Numbered from the stretch's first letter, positions 37,885 to 48,089 are shown. The stretch: 64,000 bases of DNA from a virus (IMGVR_UViG_3300028833_000119:1-64000), one strand, 5' to 3'. The notes: a model not told the origin generated them from the letters alone. Translations and numbers: made by a program.

Positions 37885-38160
37885 TCATTTTCCCTCCTCA
37901 TACATTTTGTCGATCTGTTTTGCTGTCAACCACTGGTCAAACACCGGATCTTCATGACCCGGCGCCCAGACATGAACCTTCACAACAGGTTCCTCATCCG
38001 GATCGCTCTCGTCCACCTCAAGCAGGGCGATATCCACACATTTTCCTTTGTGGTTGATTGAGAAAACAAAGCCCGGATAACCTTCAGCGGTAAATCCGGA
38101 CTTCTTGATCTGAATGGTTCCGAGTGTGGTTTCAATTTCAAGCGCAGGTTTCTTACTCAT
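37885..38160 (-). CDS. Hypothetical protein
   Basis: Operon-packed ORF with RBS. Confidence 0.6.
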   Translation of the reverse strand: MSKKPALEIETTLGTIQIKKSGFTAEGYPGFVFSINHKGKCVDIALLEVDESDPDEEPVVKVHVWAPGHEDPVFDQWLTAKQIDKMYEEGK

Positions 38161-38830
38161 CCTTGTCATCCTCCTTCACAAAGATCACATGGTCCAAATC
38201 CAAACCGGTTGACTCGCTGATTGCCTGTGCAATAGCATCTGCAGGTTCACTTGTGTCCGTATTCTCTTCATCCACATAAGCGAAGGTACAATTTCCGCCA
38301 CCCCAATAGCCGACCGCAACAATCAGCTCACGAGGGGAGTTGTCGAAGAATCCATCGATACGCTTTACGCCGTACCAGGCATCATCCTCATCGCAGAGCG
38401 CAAACCGTTTGCACTTGCCGGACAGCATCCGGGTTGCAATGATCTTTCCGGCGTCGGTGATCGTTGCGTTCCATTCTTTCTGATCAGGTTTGTAATCTCC
38501 GGCAAGTTCATTCAGCGCCTTTTCGATCGCGTACAGCGTGGAGTTGCTGAAGACTCCATATTGTTCTGCGTATGGCGCACCACTTTTGCGGTATGTTCCA
38601 TCCTCAGTCGCATCCATATATGCTGCAATCTCCTGCGCCATCTCGTAAGCCATCTGCTCACGGGGCTTCGGAGGATTTGACGGAACAGAATGGAGCGTTT
38701 CTGTTCCATAATCCTCATCTTCGCTGGTGAATGAACAGTTCAGCATGGAATACATTCCGGTATTCACATACTCGATTGCGGTATCGAAATCATAATCATG
38801 GGCAAAGAACTCAACAGACCTCTTCATCAT
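38153..38830 (-). CDS. Hypothetical protein
   Basis: 225 aa ORF with RBS AAGGAGG. Confidence 0.65.
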   Translation of the reverse strand: MMKRSVEFFAHDYDFDTAIEYVNTGMYSMLNCSFTSEDEDYGTETLHSVPSNPPKPREQMAYEMAQEIAAYMDATEDGTYRKSGAPYAEQYGVFSNSTLYAIEKALNELAGDYKPDQKEWNATITDAGKIIATRMLSGKCKRFALCDEDDAWYGVKRIDGFFDNSPRELIVAVGYWGGGNCTFAYVDEENTDTSEPADAIAQAISESTGLDLDHVIFVKEDDKDE

Positions 38831-38840
38831 TCATTCCTCC

Positions 38841-39923
38841 TTACGCTACATTCAGTGTGCTGACAGCATTCAGACGATTCCACTTGGTCGGTGACATTCC
38901 GAGGATGTCATACCCAACAGACTCCAATTCAGTACTGCGGTCGTAGGATTCCACATCCTGCGCAAACCTTGTGACCGCATTCGCCATACCGTACAGACTC
39001 AGATCCCCACCACGGATCAGGTGATCGAGGATACCCTGGCTTTCCGCCTTGTTGAAACCGAAGTCTGTTCCGGCAAGCTCCACCATCGCAGGGATATTTG
39101 CCGTCACGATCTTCGCATCCTTCGCCTGACGCATCATATCAACCACACGGTCGAACCGCGTCTGGTCCGCAATTGCCTTAACAGTGTCACGCACCTTCGC
39201 AAGGAACGCATTGTCGTCCAACTTCAGCGTTTCGTCACTGTACAGCGTGAAGTCCTCGCTCGCCACATTTCCGCGCCCAACATGACGGCGCTTCGTGGAC
39301 GCATCGTTGACCACCATACCGTTGGAGCAAACCAGCCGGTATACAAGGGGCTGAATTTCCACACTGCCGGCGCCGACTTCGCTGTTGCTGATGATTATTC
39401 CGCTCTGGACGATGTCGCCAGGGACAACCTCTGCTGTCAGTCGAGGATTCACAACCTTGATATACATCTTCCGGTCGGTCAGTTCGCAGGATTCGATCTT
39501 CGCATCCTGCATATCAGCAATGATCGGCAAAACGGTCATCGCGATAGGGTAGTTATCGATCCGGCGGTACTGCTTGGAGAGGAACGCACGGACATCGTTA
39601 TCGAGCGTCCGGATCATCCGTTCCTTGGGATCTTTCTGGAACCAACTGTTCACGTTCTGGGACAGCAGCTCCGGATTTTCCCGGCGCATCTTGTCATAGT
39701 AGGCTTTCGGAATTCCGAGCGCCGTACCGATCTGCGAATGGGCGATGTCATTCACGCCGAGGATCGTGGTGGTGTTGGTCTGGTCATTGGTCAGTGACAG
39801 CATTCCGCCATCCGTGCCGTAGTCAAAGGTTATCTTGCGAGTATCAACGAGGTAGTCCTTCTTAGCGTTCATCTGCCGGGTCAGTTCCTGGGCAAAATCC
39901 ATCAGCGTCTTACCAAACTTCAT
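38841..39923 (-). CDS. DUF932-family protein
   Basis: AHSQIGTALGIP..Y, MIRTLD..VRAFLS..YRRIDN, IIISNSEVG, RLVCSNG and RRHVG. Confidence 0.8.
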   Translation of the reverse strand: MKFGKTLMDFAQELTRQMNAKKDYLVDTRKITFDYGTDGGMLSLTNDQTNTTTILGVNDIAHSQIGTALGIPKAYYDKMRRENPELLSQNVNSWFQKDPKERMIRTLDNDVRAFLSKQYRRIDNYPIAMTVLPIIADMQDAKIESCELTDRKMYIKVVNPRLTAEVVPGDIVQSGIIISNSEVGAGSVEIQPLVYRLVCSNGMVVNDASTKRRHVGRGNVASEDFTLYSDETLKLDDNAFLAKVRDTVKAIADQTRFDRVVDMMRQAKDAKIVTANIPAMVELAGTDFGFNKAESQGILDHLIRGGDLSLYGMANAVTRFAQDVESYDRSTELESVGYDILGMSPTKWNRLNAVSTLNVA

Positions 39924-39943
39924 AATTTTTCTCCTCCTCTTTC

Positions 39944-40489
39944 TCAATACCACAGGTCAACAACAGTGTCAGTGACAGCGAACTTTATCAGATCAGTGTG
40001 CGCATTCAGAAAGTCCAACATGCTCCGCTCACAGGCTCTCTTGAAGCTCTCCACTGTTCTGCGCTTCGGGATAAACATCTCATCGTCGAGCAATTTGTAC
40101 GGATTGTCCTTTACCCAAAGGTCTAACACCTCATCCGATTCACCGAATACATACACATCATTCGTACATTCATGGTATTCCGGATCAAATCCACCACCAT
40201 TGCACCGGAATTCCACCAGAATCTTTCCAACATGCATTGCACCGAACACATCGGTGTCCTGTTTGTCGAACCGGATCTTCTCAAAACCGTCTTCAGTCAG
40301 CTTCCAGACAAAGTTCAGATCGTACTCATCACGTTCATACTCGTAACGTTCTCCTCCACGATATTCCTGGTGCTGGTTGATCCAGTCCATCGCTTTCTGG
40401 TAACCAGTGCCGTCCTCGTCCGTGCTGATTCCGAAGTATCTGGGTTTGTGTTCCAACTGATCTGTGACAACGTGCGTGTAAACTTTCAT
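39944..40489 (-). CDS. Hypothetical protein
   Basis: Operon-packed ORF. Confidence 0.6.
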   Translation of the reverse strand: MKVYTHVVTDQLEHKPRYFGISTDEDGTGYQKAMDWINQHQEYRGGERYEYERDEYDLNFVWKLTEDGFEKIRFDKQDTDVFGAMHVGKILVEFRCNGGGFDPEYHECTNDVYVFGESDEVLDLWVKDNPYKLLDDEMFIPKRRTVESFKRACERSMLDFLNAHTDLIKFAVTDTVVDLWY

Positions 40490-40827
40490 CGTGATTCCTC
40501 CTCATCCGGCAAATTCTTGTCGTGAATATACTGATCAAGCACAGCGTCCAACACGGTCTTTTTCTCAATTCCTCTCTCGCTCACTTCGTACAATCCGGAG
40601 TCTGCCATGTCATATTCAAGCCAATTTTCCGGTATATAACCGCCCTCGTCCCAATCACACGGCTCAAATTGCTTTGTTTCAAGTTTGACCTGCACGGATC
40701 GTGGCAACTCCGCGTATTCCACATCACATCCACGACCAAACTCCGCCAACTGCCTGTCTACAATCTCCTGGAGCTGTTTGTCTGTTACTTCAATCTCAAC
40801 GCTTAATCTCATGTGCAGTTTTGCCAT
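40486..40827 (-). CDS. Hypothetical protein
   Basis: Operon-packed ORF. Confidence 0.6.
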   Translation of the reverse strand: MAKLHMRLSVEIEVTDKQLQEIVDRQLAEFGRGCDVEYAELPRSVQVKLETKQFEPCDWDEGGYIPENWLEYDMADSGLYEVSERGIEKKTVLDAVLDQYIHDKNLPDEEESR

Positions 40828-40830
40828 CGC

Positions 40831-41355
40831 TCATGCCGCCTTTCTCAACTGTGCATGAATTCCGAACTGGTTCCAACAAACATCCTCGACCTCGTCATCG
40901 GTCAGCACCTTAACCACCTTGATCCGGTCGGTGATCAGCCAGTTGCCGTATGCATTTGGATTTGTCGTGAACCAGTAGTACCCATGATCCGGCAAGTGCT
41001 TCAAACAAGCACGTTGCGCACTGAATTTTCCATTCAAGATTCCGTTTTTATGAGCCTCCGGCGTGTAATCCTTGCTATCACACACTTCGCACAGCGCCCA
41101 TACCGTATCCGGTCGCTGATACTTGACTTTGCCGTTCTCTTTAATGCCGATATGCGGAGCGAACGGCGCCTCCGACAGATGCCATCCGGGACGGTAGGCA
41201 AGGGGGCCAAGCCTGCTCCTTACCTTGCCGTTCATATCCCGGATTCCTTCCTTTGCCTTGAGCCATTCTCCAACCGGGATTGTTTCGTTGGCAAAAACAA
41301 AGAGCGGATGTAACTTTCCGCTCTTATCCATACGAAACTGCTTGTATGCGATCAT
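40831..41355 (-). CDS. Conserved hypothetical phage protein
   Basis: AYKQF...LHPLF...LAYRPGWHLSEAPFAPH...VWALCEV. Confidence 0.7.
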   Translation of the reverse strand: MIAYKQFRMDKSGKLHPLFVFANETIPVGEWLKAKEGIRDMNGKVRSRLGPLAYRPGWHLSEAPFAPHIGIKENGKVKYQRPDTVWALCEVCDSKDYTPEAHKNGILNGKFSAQRACLKHLPDHGYYWFTTNPNAYGNWLITDRIKVVKVLTDDEVEDVCWNQFGIHAQLRKAA

Positions 41356-41411
41356 CGTTTCATCATCCTTTCTGCGTTTGTGGTGGTGGTGTTCGTTGGC
41401 TAATATCGAAG

Positions 41412-41603
41412 TCATTCCTCCTTCTTTTTCTTCGACTCTTGTAACTTCTCTACAAATCGCTTCGCTTCATATCCTTCAGAAAATCCTATGCTCCATGCAC
41501 CTCCATCATGCAAATACATAATCAGAAAAATAGTTCCCATCACAAGGACTCCAAGAACAACCCCGACGATCAACGCAAGGAGATCAAACGTCCATGTAAC
41601 CAT
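41412..41603 (-). CDS. Small membrane protein
   Basis: One TM helix. Confidence 0.6.
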   Translation of the reverse strand: MVTWTFDLLALIVGVVLGVLVMGTIFLIMYLHDGGAWSIGFSEGYEAKRFVEKLQESKKKKEE

Positions 41604-41604
41604 C

Positions 41605-41826
41605 TCACCAAACCTCCTCTGCACTCTGCGGATTCTCGTAATGCCGTCCGTATTCTACCTGCGCCGACACGCTGACCCGGTAGCCTTCATTCTCCGGGAA
41701 TTTTTGCTTGATAATAGGGAACACTCGCTCCAGATCCCACTTGTTTGCGATACTCCGCTTTGCCGTTGCGAATAAGTGTATCCCGTTCTGGGAAACGTTG
41801 ATCTCGTACCAACTTGCGATATCCAT
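41605..41826 (-). CDS. Hypothetical protein
   Basis: YEINVSQNGIHLFAT...KFP...Y.VSV pattern. Confidence 0.65.
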   Translation of the reverse strand: MDIASWYEINVSQNGIHLFATAKRSIANKWDLERVFPIIKQKFPENEGYRVSVSAQVEYGRHYENPQSAEEVW

Positions 41827-41831
41827 ACTAA

Positions 41832-42371
41832 TCACTCCTTTGCATATTTCGCATAGTCATCGTTGCTCTTCTGAAGCGTCTTCTGCATTTTCTCCATGCG
41901 TTCCGCCAGAACGTGCTTTATATAACCTGCAATCGCTTTCTCGATATCGCGCTCAAGTTCCGGATTCCACGCATCAACAATCGCCCTCATTGACTTGCTG
42001 AATCCGCCGGTGCGACAGGCACTCTCGAACGATTCCTGCTTATCGCAATCCATCGTTCCAATGTAGTAACCGCCGGAGTAAATCTTATCCGTATAGAATG
42101 TGATGCCGGCTGTCCGCCTGTATCCGTCATCTTCGCTGTAGATGACCCTGTTCAGCACCACGAACGTCGGCTTATTGTTCGGCGTCCGCATAGCATCCGC
42201 CTCGATCAGCACTTTCAGCATCTCATCCAGAAAGATTCCGATCAACTGTAACTTGTTCTTGCGTTCCTGCTGTACCTGCGCTTCCTGCCGTTCAACCGTC
42301 CGCTCAACCTCGACTTCCAGTGCGTTGATCCGCTGCGCTTCCGCAATAAGTTCATCCATCAGTTTGCTCAT
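41832..42371 (-). CDS. Hypothetical coiled-coil protein
   Basis: Operon-packed ORF. Confidence 0.6.
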   Translation of the reverse strand: MSKLMDELIAEAQRINALEVEVERTVERQEAQVQQERKNKLQLIGIFLDEMLKVLIEADAMRTPNNKPTFVVLNRVIYSEDDGYRRTAGITFYTDKIYSGGYYIGTMDCDKQESFESACRTGGFSKSMRAIVDAWNPELERDIEKAIAGYIKHVLAERMEKMQKTLQKSNDDYAKYAKE

Positions 42372-42374
42372 TTC

Positions 42375-42623
42375 TCATTCTCCTTTCAGATACTCGTTGG
42401 TGTACATCGGCAGGAGTCTCAGATCGTCCTCGCTAATCTTCTCAGAAACTTTCGTTTCGGATCCATCGAAACCATCCAGAAGCTCGTCGTTCACATCACG
42501 CTCCATCTCCATGTCCGTGTCCTTCTTCTCCCAGAACAACCGCCGTGCTTCTTCGGCGGTTTCCGCTTCCACAATGAAGCTCGCCTTGTAGGTTTCGGTG
42601 ATCGTGACCTTGAAATTCTTCAT
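42375..42623 (-). CDS. Small acidic protein (DpnD/PcfM-like pattern)
   Basis: FKVTITETYKASFIVEAETAEEA. Confidence 0.6.
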   Translation of the reverse strand: MKNFKVTITETYKASFIVEAETAEEARRLFWEKKDTDMEMERDVNDELLDGFDGSETKVSEKISEDDLRLLPMYTNEYLKGE

Positions 42624-42624
42624 A

Positions 42625-43173
42625 TCAAATATCCTCCTCGCTGATCTCGGCATTATCCGGATCGCACACAGAAGCGTCCTCTTCATACGCACGTCCATAG
42701 TCCCAATCGCCGTGATACTGCACATCTTCAGTAAGATCGCACATCATCTGATTTATGCCGTGCCTGCTTTCCGACCACGCATCAAAGATACGATCGGCGT
42801 CTTCCTTGTTCTTCGCCTTGATGGTATACTCATGGGTCATCGTCAGCGTAACTTCCTTGCTGAACACCTTGTACGGCTCTTCCTTCTTCAGTTCGTCCTT
42901 ATGCTTTTCGATCACGGCATTCATAGCCGGGAAGATGTTGCTTCCCATGTTTTCGTCCATCGCATCCTTTTCCTGCATAACTTCGTCAACCATCTTGCCA
43001 AAGAGTTCTGCAGGGATCTCGTCGATGATGTTCTCTTCCTGCATCAGACGCTCGTTCAGCATTTCCCGTGTGTTGTACCGCTCCGCTTCGTAATGCGCAT
43101 CCAGAATCTCGCCATCGGTCAGGTCGATTACAACGTCCGTGCCCAGAATATTCCGCTTAATCTGCATAATCAT
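42625..43173 (-). CDS. Acidic hypothetical protein
   Basis: IDLTDGEI...; YTIKAKNKEDA. Confidence 0.6.
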   Translation of the reverse strand: MIMQIKRNILGTDVVIDLTDGEILDAHYEAERYNTREMLNERLMQEENIIDEIPAELFGKMVDEVMQEKDAMDENMGSNIFPAMNAVIEKHKDELKKEEPYKVFSKEVTLTMTHEYTIKAKNKEDADRIFDAWSESRHGINQMMCDLTEDVQYHGDWDYGRAYEEDASVCDPDNAEISEEDI

Positions 43174-43176
43174 TTC

Positions 43177-43572
43177 TTATTCCTCCTCTTCTCCGTCCAG
43201 TTCTTCTGCGATCACATACTCAGCAGTCAGCCAGAAGGATTCCATAAAGCTATCGTTATCGTTCAGCGCATCGTCGAACCGTTCTGCCGTGTTCCGCACC
43301 CATTCTTCGTCGTTTAGCACACGACGCAATGTCTTCCGCGATACCTCGATTCCGTGGTCGATATATACCGGCTCGTCTTCCGGTTCATCCTCGCCGATGA
43401 AATCTTCCAGTTTTGACTTGATATCTTCCATGTTGTAGTACAGGCGTCTTGCCCGGTAGACCTGTTCAATTTCCTCATCCGTCAGCTTAATTACCTGCCA
43501 CTGTGTGCATTGCGTTCCTTCTGCAATCTTCCGCTTCAGTTCCATTTCCATCTCAATGCTCCTCCTTCTCAA
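43177..43572 (-). CDS. Acidic hypothetical protein
   Basis: IKLTDEEIEQVY, a motif shared with 37387 and 42625. Confidence 0.6.
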   Translation of the reverse strand: MRRRSIEMEMELKRKIAEGTQCTQWQVIKLTDEEIEQVYRARRLYYNMEDIKSKLEDFIGEDEPEDEPVYIDHGIEVSRKTLRRVLNDEEWVRNTAERFDDALNDNDSFMESFWLTAEYVIAEELDGEEEE

Positions 43573-43792
43573 TCAGTCCGTATGCGATACACAGTTCCTC
43601 AAACTCTCCGGCAAGGTGATCGTAATCTTCGCCATAGATGATTGCGCAATCTTCCGGCGCTTCGCCATCTGCAATCGCCTGATCACGATCATCGCAAGGG
43701 ATATCATCCGCAGTAATTCCTTTGCTCTCCAACCAATCTTCCACAATGTCCACCATAGTTCCGAAAAATTCCATCCGTTCGCTGTGATCCAT
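43553..43792 (-). CDS. Acidic hypothetical protein
   Basis: FFGTMVDIVEDWLE...IYGEDYD. Confidence 0.65.
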   Translation of the reverse strand: MDHSERMEFFGTMVDIVEDWLESKGITADDIPCDDRDQAIADGEAPEDCAIIYGEDYDHLAGEFEELCIAYGLIEKEEH

Positions 43793-43846
43793 AAAAATCC
43801 CTCCTCACTTCTTATGGGAACATTTTCTGTTACGAATTAATTACGA

Positions 43847-44656
43847 TTATTTTAATTCTTCATAAATATCGAACACATCGTTCTTCTTGTAGCACACCAG
43901 ACAGGATTTGCAGCTCCGTCCACCGCAGTTAATCACGATTTCCGGATGATCTGCCAGATATTCCTTGCTGAACACTGTAAACCGATGATCAACCCACTCG
44001 CGGATACATTCCGGCACAGGATCGATCACATTGATTCGCAGACTGCTCCACACAAACATGACATTCTTCGGTTTGCCTTCCAGCCGGAACGCTTCTGCCC
44101 AGATTCCGGCATTCTTACTCCAGATTGCGCATGGAAGATAACCAGGGCAACTCCGCAGAAGATTCCGTGCTTCCGTCACGTTTTCAACATCGCCGAAACT
44201 CTGTACCCGATAAAAAAGAGCGTTGCCGAGATTCAGCTTCGCCCATATCTTTTTCGGAATCAGTACGTTCCGCAGTATGTATCCGTTTAATTTGTTCCGG
44301 TTGCTCAATCCTGCATACTGTCGTTGCATCGCTTCGGCATAACAGCTTGCGCAGATGATATCTGTCCAACCTTGCTTCGCAATTTCCTCCATAGCCATCT
44401 TCATCCGGGCGATGCAGTACACATTATCGTGTACTTCCGTGCTGACGGATGCTCCGCCGTCAAGTTTGCTGTTGTTTTCATCACTCTTGTGAAACACAAT
44501 CCAGATTGCGGTCACAAGCACGATATATTCCGCAACATTCAGCTTGCCTTTCCTGAGATATTTCTCCACAAGCGGATTTACCATTTCCGCAACCTTGCTA
44601 ACCATCTTCCCGAATGGTTTACCCTTGTACGTGGTGGCTTTCTTGAGATCGTTCAT
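43847..44656 (-). CDS. GP88-like Cys-containing phage protein
   Basis: NSKL...C...ICASCYA...YRVQSFGDV...WSKN...INCGGRSCKSCLVCY. Confidence 0.55.
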   Translation of the reverse strand: MNDLKKATTYKGKPFGKMVSKVAEMVNPLVEKYLRKGKLNVAEYIVLVTAIWIVFHKSDENNSKLDGGASVSTEVHDNVYCIARMKMAMEEIAKQGWTDIICASCYAEAMQRQYAGLSNRNKLNGYILRNVLIPKKIWAKLNLGNALFYRVQSFGDVENVTEARNLLRSCPGYLPCAIWSKNAGIWAEAFRLEGKPKNVMFVWSSLRINVIDPVPECIREWVDHRFTVFSKEYLADHPEIVINCGGRSCKSCLVCYKKNDVFDIYEELK

Positions 44657-44762
44657 GGTGTAATTCCTCCTTTGTGTAGTGTGAAATAATCTCTGACACA
44701 ATATCCTCGTATCAAATATATCGTGTCACAAAAAATGTACCGGATTCGTTACATCCGGCACA

Positions 44763-45209
44763 TCATTTCCTCACTTTCCATCCATATATATTCGCGACCT
44801 TGTCGCCGATTCTCTGTGTGTATCTCGTGATGTCTTTTCGAGTTGCTTTCCCGATCGCAACTTTCTGCATAAAGTACGATCTCTGCGCATGACTGATTTC
44901 AGGTTTCCATGCCCTGTATGTATACAGGTTCGTTCCGTCATGGTGGATATCACGGCACATCAGATCTCCGCGATCATCCACGAACCATGTGACGTAATCG
45001 CCACATGTTCCGGTCAGGCAATCTGCAATATTCGTGCTATGCAGAAGTTTGTATGCCTGATGCCGTCCGTCCCACAAACCGAGATCCGCAATGATGATGA
45101 TTTCCTCGCCGACTTCGATATTCAGATTTGCCCGTTCATCTTCCAGACCGTCCAGTTCGTCACCGTAGAGATCATTGCTCCAGATAACATTCATCTGCAT
45201 ACCCATCAC
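44763..45209 (-). CDS. Conserved hypothetical protein
   Basis: IIIADLGLWDG...HHDGTNLYTYR. Confidence 0.7.
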   Translation of the reverse strand: MMGMQMNVIWSNDLYGDELDGLEDERANLNIEVGEEIIIIADLGLWDGRHQAYKLLHSTNIADCLTGTCGDYVTWFVDDRGDLMCRDIHHDGTNLYTYRAWKPEISHAQRSYFMQKVAIGKATRKDITRYTQRIGDKVANIYGWKVRK

Positions 45210-45219
45210 TCATTCCTCC

Positions 45220-45462
45220 TCATTCGTTAAAAATACCGTCATGGTCTATTCCACAGACGGTAATATCGTGCTCTTCGATTTCCATATCGGGGTCTTCCGC
45301 TCCGTCAAGCTCGCTGTTATCCGCTACGATCATCTGTTTTGTCAACTTCTCAATCTCCTCATCCGTAGGGTCTGCATCAAGCGGAATCCGCAGGTACACA
45401 TGGTAGAATTTGCGAACACAGACATTTACAGGAACAATCTGCCATACATACTCGTCACTCAT
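45220..45462 (-). CDS. Acidic hypothetical protein
   Basis: Operon-packed ORF. Confidence 0.55.
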   Translation of the reverse strand: MSDEYVWQIVPVNVCVRKFYHVYLRIPLDADPTDEEIEKLTKQMIVADNSELDGAEDPDMEIEEHDITVCGIDHDGIFNE

Positions 45463-45773
45463 GCGAAACACTCCTTTCTACTATAAGCACTGGAATTACT
45501 TTCCAAATACCAGTGGCAACGGCGGAACACGTCCGCATATTCTGCCGGCATCTCAAGCAACCTATACCATGTTCCGTCAATCTCAATGATCTGAATACAG
45601 GCATCCCAGTATTCCGCACGTTCTTCCGGCGTAGGATTCTGTATTGCCATCTTTCCCCAGATTTTCCCTTTCGCTCCAAGGGAAAAGTGTTCGTATGTCG
45701 CCCATATATTTTTGTCATCGCTGACGAAAACGATTTCTCTGCCCTTGATCTTGTTTCCGACTTCAAGCTTCAT
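45459..45773 (-). CDS. Hypothetical protein
   Basis: Operon-packed ORF. Confidence 0.55.
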   Translation of the reverse strand: MKLEVGNKIKGREIVFVSDDKNIWATYEHFSLGAKGKIWGKMAIQNPTPEERAEYWDACIQIIEIDGTWYRLLEMPAEYADVFRRCHWYLESNSSAYSRKECFA

Positions 45774-45778
45774 CTCGA

Positions 45779-45994
45779 TCACTCCTTCGCACACAGGTCG
45801 TAGATGTCTGTATCACAGATAACTTCGTTGCAGTCGTTACATTCCAACGTGTAGCAACCCTGTCCAATTCCGTATTTGACAATGGCAACGTCGTGTCCGC
45901 AATGTTCCGACAACCTGCGGTACAGCAGGGTCAGATCGAAGTTGGGACTCTTGTCTGTCTTTGCGTTCGTGCTTGTAATCGTGATTTTCGCCAT
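45779..45994 (-). CDS. Hypothetical protein with Zn-ribbon-like motif
   Basis: EHCGHDV...LECNDCNEVI. Confidence 0.65.
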   Translation of the reverse strand: MAKITITSTNAKTDKSPNFDLTLLYRRLSEHCGHDVAIVKYGIGQGCYTLECNDCNEVICDTDIYDLCAKE

Positions 45995-46006
45995 TGTAAT
46001 TCCTCC

Positions 46007-46264
46007 TCATCCAATGTTGTAGTTATACAGTGTTCCGCCATGCTCCGATATAAGAAACGCTGGTATCGGTCGGCGATCTCTCTGCAAATCCCACGGGATA
46101 AATCCGTCACGATATTCCATACCGTCTTGCACGTTGTATTGAATAAAGCGGAAGCCTTCGCCCGGAAAATAGCTCCAGTATTCCATCCAATCCCCATTTA
46201 GTTTGTATTCATACACTCCAATTTTTTCCGCATGAAACAACGCAAGCCTTTCGTTTTCACTCAT
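46007..46264 (-). CDS. Hypothetical protein
   Basis: AEKIGVYEYK...YWSYF. Confidence 0.6.
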   Translation of the reverse strand: MSENERLALFHAEKIGVYEYKLNGDWMEYWSYFPGEGFRFIQYNVQDGMEYRDGFIPWDLQRDRRPIPAFLISEHGGTLYNYNIG

Positions 46265-46512
46265 GCTCTCCCCACCTTTCTGATTGTTCCGTCCTTCCGC
46301 AGTTGAAATCCCTGCATTTCGCCATAAGCATAAGCGTTGTCGTACATTCCGACATCGTATACAAACCACGTCTGTTCCGGCGTGATTCCGTATTCCGCAC
46401 GGTTCAGCGCATCAGCAATCTTCTGCGCTTTCTTCTCCGCAACTCTATGCGCACTCGCTGCGCTGTACAGGAATTCATGTCCTTTGATTGCTCTCGCAAC
46501 AACTATCATCAC
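46261..46512 (-). CDS. Hypothetical protein
   Basis: Operon-packed ORF. Confidence 0.6.
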   Translation of the reverse strand: MMIVVARAIKGHEFLYSAASAHRVAEKKAQKIADALNRAEYGITPEQTWFVYDVGMYDNAYAYGEMQGFQLRKDGTIRKVGRA

Positions 46513-46812
46513 TCATCCCTCCTCTCCGCATCTCTTCATTCCGGGATAGTACGCTTTTGTGCCCCAACGATTTGCTTCCGAATCAAGGCACAAACCATCT
46601 TTCATGTACCGCCTCATCACGGACAGGAATTCCAACACACATTCCTCAAATTGCTCCTCATCCTCTGCAATATCTGCATAATCATCCTCGCTTGCTCCGT
46701 CCGGGAAAATGCAGATCCACGCCATGAATCCTTCTTCATTGTTCATACTCCGCATCAGACGATCCATGGCTTTTAGATCGTCAATTCTGCTCCGCTTCAT
46801 CTGTTCCGTCAT
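46513..46812 (-). CDS. Hypothetical protein
   Basis: FMAWICIFPDG. Confidence 0.6.
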   Translation of the reverse strand: MTEQMKRSRIDDLKAMDRLMRSMNNEEGFMAWICIFPDGASEDDYADIAEDEEQFEECVLEFLSVMRRYMKDGLCLDSEANRWGTKAYYPGMKRCGEEG

Positions 46813-46961
46813 TACGCACACTCCCTTTCTTTTTCGTACATGAATGTAATCTTCCGGCAGGATACGCAGATATACTGGAATCCCTCGTAATCTTCCGCAA
46901 TGGATTCCAACTGTTCCTTCAGCGTCATCCGGTAGTCACGCTCGATGTGTCCGATCTTCAT
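46812..46961 (-). CDS. Small hypothetical protein
   Basis: Coupled start and stop codons. Confidence 0.45.
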   Translation of the reverse strand: MKIGHIERDYRMTLKEQLESIAEDYEGFQYICVSCRKITFMYEKERECA

Positions 46962-47098
46962 ATATTCACATCCTCTCCGTAATTCTTCCGCACATATTCC
47001 CGGGCAGATTCCTTGCTCGTCAGACTCGCTTCCACCCAATCGCCATTCACCCATACGCTCCAGTATCCGCTCGGCAGTTTCCGAATCTCGATATTCAC
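46958..47098 (-). CDS. Small hypothetical protein
   Basis: GTG start, RBS GAGGAG; IRKLPSGYWSVWVNGDW. Confidence 0.55.
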   Translation of the reverse strand: MNIEIRKLPSGYWSVWVNGDWVEASLTSKESAREYVRKNYGEDVNI

Positions 47099-47100
47099 GT

Positions 47101-47253
47101 TTATTCTCCTCTCTGATAGGCGTTCCTCACTTCTTCTTCCGTCATGGTCGGCGGATACGTGCATCTTCCACGTTCTCCGTCTACCACCCATTCTGCACCG
47201 CCCCAGTTGGCAGTGCGGGTTTCTTTGCGGATGTCCCAGATTGTGTAATTCAT
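47101..47253 (-). CDS. Small hypothetical protein
   Basis: MNYTIWDIRK..., 50 aa, RBS GGAGGG. Confidence 0.5.
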   Translation of the reverse strand: MNYTIWDIRKETRTANWGGAEWVVDGERGRCTYPPTMTEEEVRNAYQRGE

Positions 47254-47732
47254 CAATCATCCCTCCAATTCACATATGCTCTGCGGTTCCTGTCCTCGTA
47301 TTTTTCCGACATCTTCGCACTCACAAGCAATCCAAACAGAATTCCTGCACACTCCGCAACCTGCTCGTCTGTGCAATCCGTCCGGAGTAGGGGATTCAGC
47401 ATCCATCGCCGGGACAACCCTTCGTAGTACACGTTCCGGTTATACTGATTTCCGACAAGTTGCATTTTTCCGTACAGGTGATCGAAGAACATATTGTCGT
47501 TCACGCTGAAGTCGTACACAATTCCGTCAAGCAGGAATTTGATGTATCCTCTGCCCCAGATCGGCTTCGGCTCATCATTCTCAATGCAGTAATAACTCGC
47601 CATAACCTTGATAGACGGCTTCACTTCTCCGCCTTTGCTTTCCACAATTTCCGCAAGCTTTCCAAGCATTCTCGCCGTGTTGTACTCCCACGCTGTCAGA
47701 TATACACGTTCGCCTTCTTTGAAGATAAACAT
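47253..47732 (-). CDS. Hypothetical protein
   Basis: RBS AAGGAG. Confidence 0.6.
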   Translation of the reverse strand: MFIFKEGERVYLTAWEYNTARMLGKLAEIVESKGGEVKPSIKVMASYYCIENDEPKPIWGRGYIKFLLDGIVYDFSVNDNMFFDHLYGKMQLVGNQYNRNVYYEGLSRRWMLNPLLRTDCTDEQVAECAGILFGLLVSAKMSEKYEDRNRRAYVNWRDD

Positions 47733-47750
47733 TATTTCCGCACTCCTTCC

Positions 47751-48086
47751 TTAATCACACATCATGTTGTAAACATCCCAACTCTCGAACCGGATACGAT
47801 CTCCATCCCACATAGACGTATAGCCTTCAACTTCCGGCACGTTGTCCAGAACTGCATGATGAACGCATCCGCCACGGTTCCGTGTTTCGCTCTCGTCCGG
47901 GCTATGCCGACCATTACACATGGTAGTTTCCACATAGTATTCCGACACGACCGCGCCGTTATATTTCCCGCCCACGAATTCGCACAGGGTCAGACGCTGC
48001 TTCTTCTCGTGCGAAATCTTGTCGATCGCTTCCAGTTCCTTCCGCGCCTTGTCCTGCAACGCTCTGCGAATCTCCCAATTTTCCAT
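47751..48086 (-). CDS. Hypothetical protein
   Basis: RBS GAGGAGG. Confidence 0.6.
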   Translation of the reverse strand: MENWEIRRALQDKARKELEAIDKISHEKKQRLTLCEFVGGKYNGAVVSEYYVETTMCNGRHSPDESETRNRGGCVHHAVLDNVPEVEGYTSMWDGDRIRFESWDVYNMMCD

Positions 48087-48089
48087 GAA

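Noticed and set aside
33940-44760. TGTAACGAAT motif upstream of two operons (~33947, ~44742)
   Set aside because: Only two clear copies; too few to distinguish from chance.
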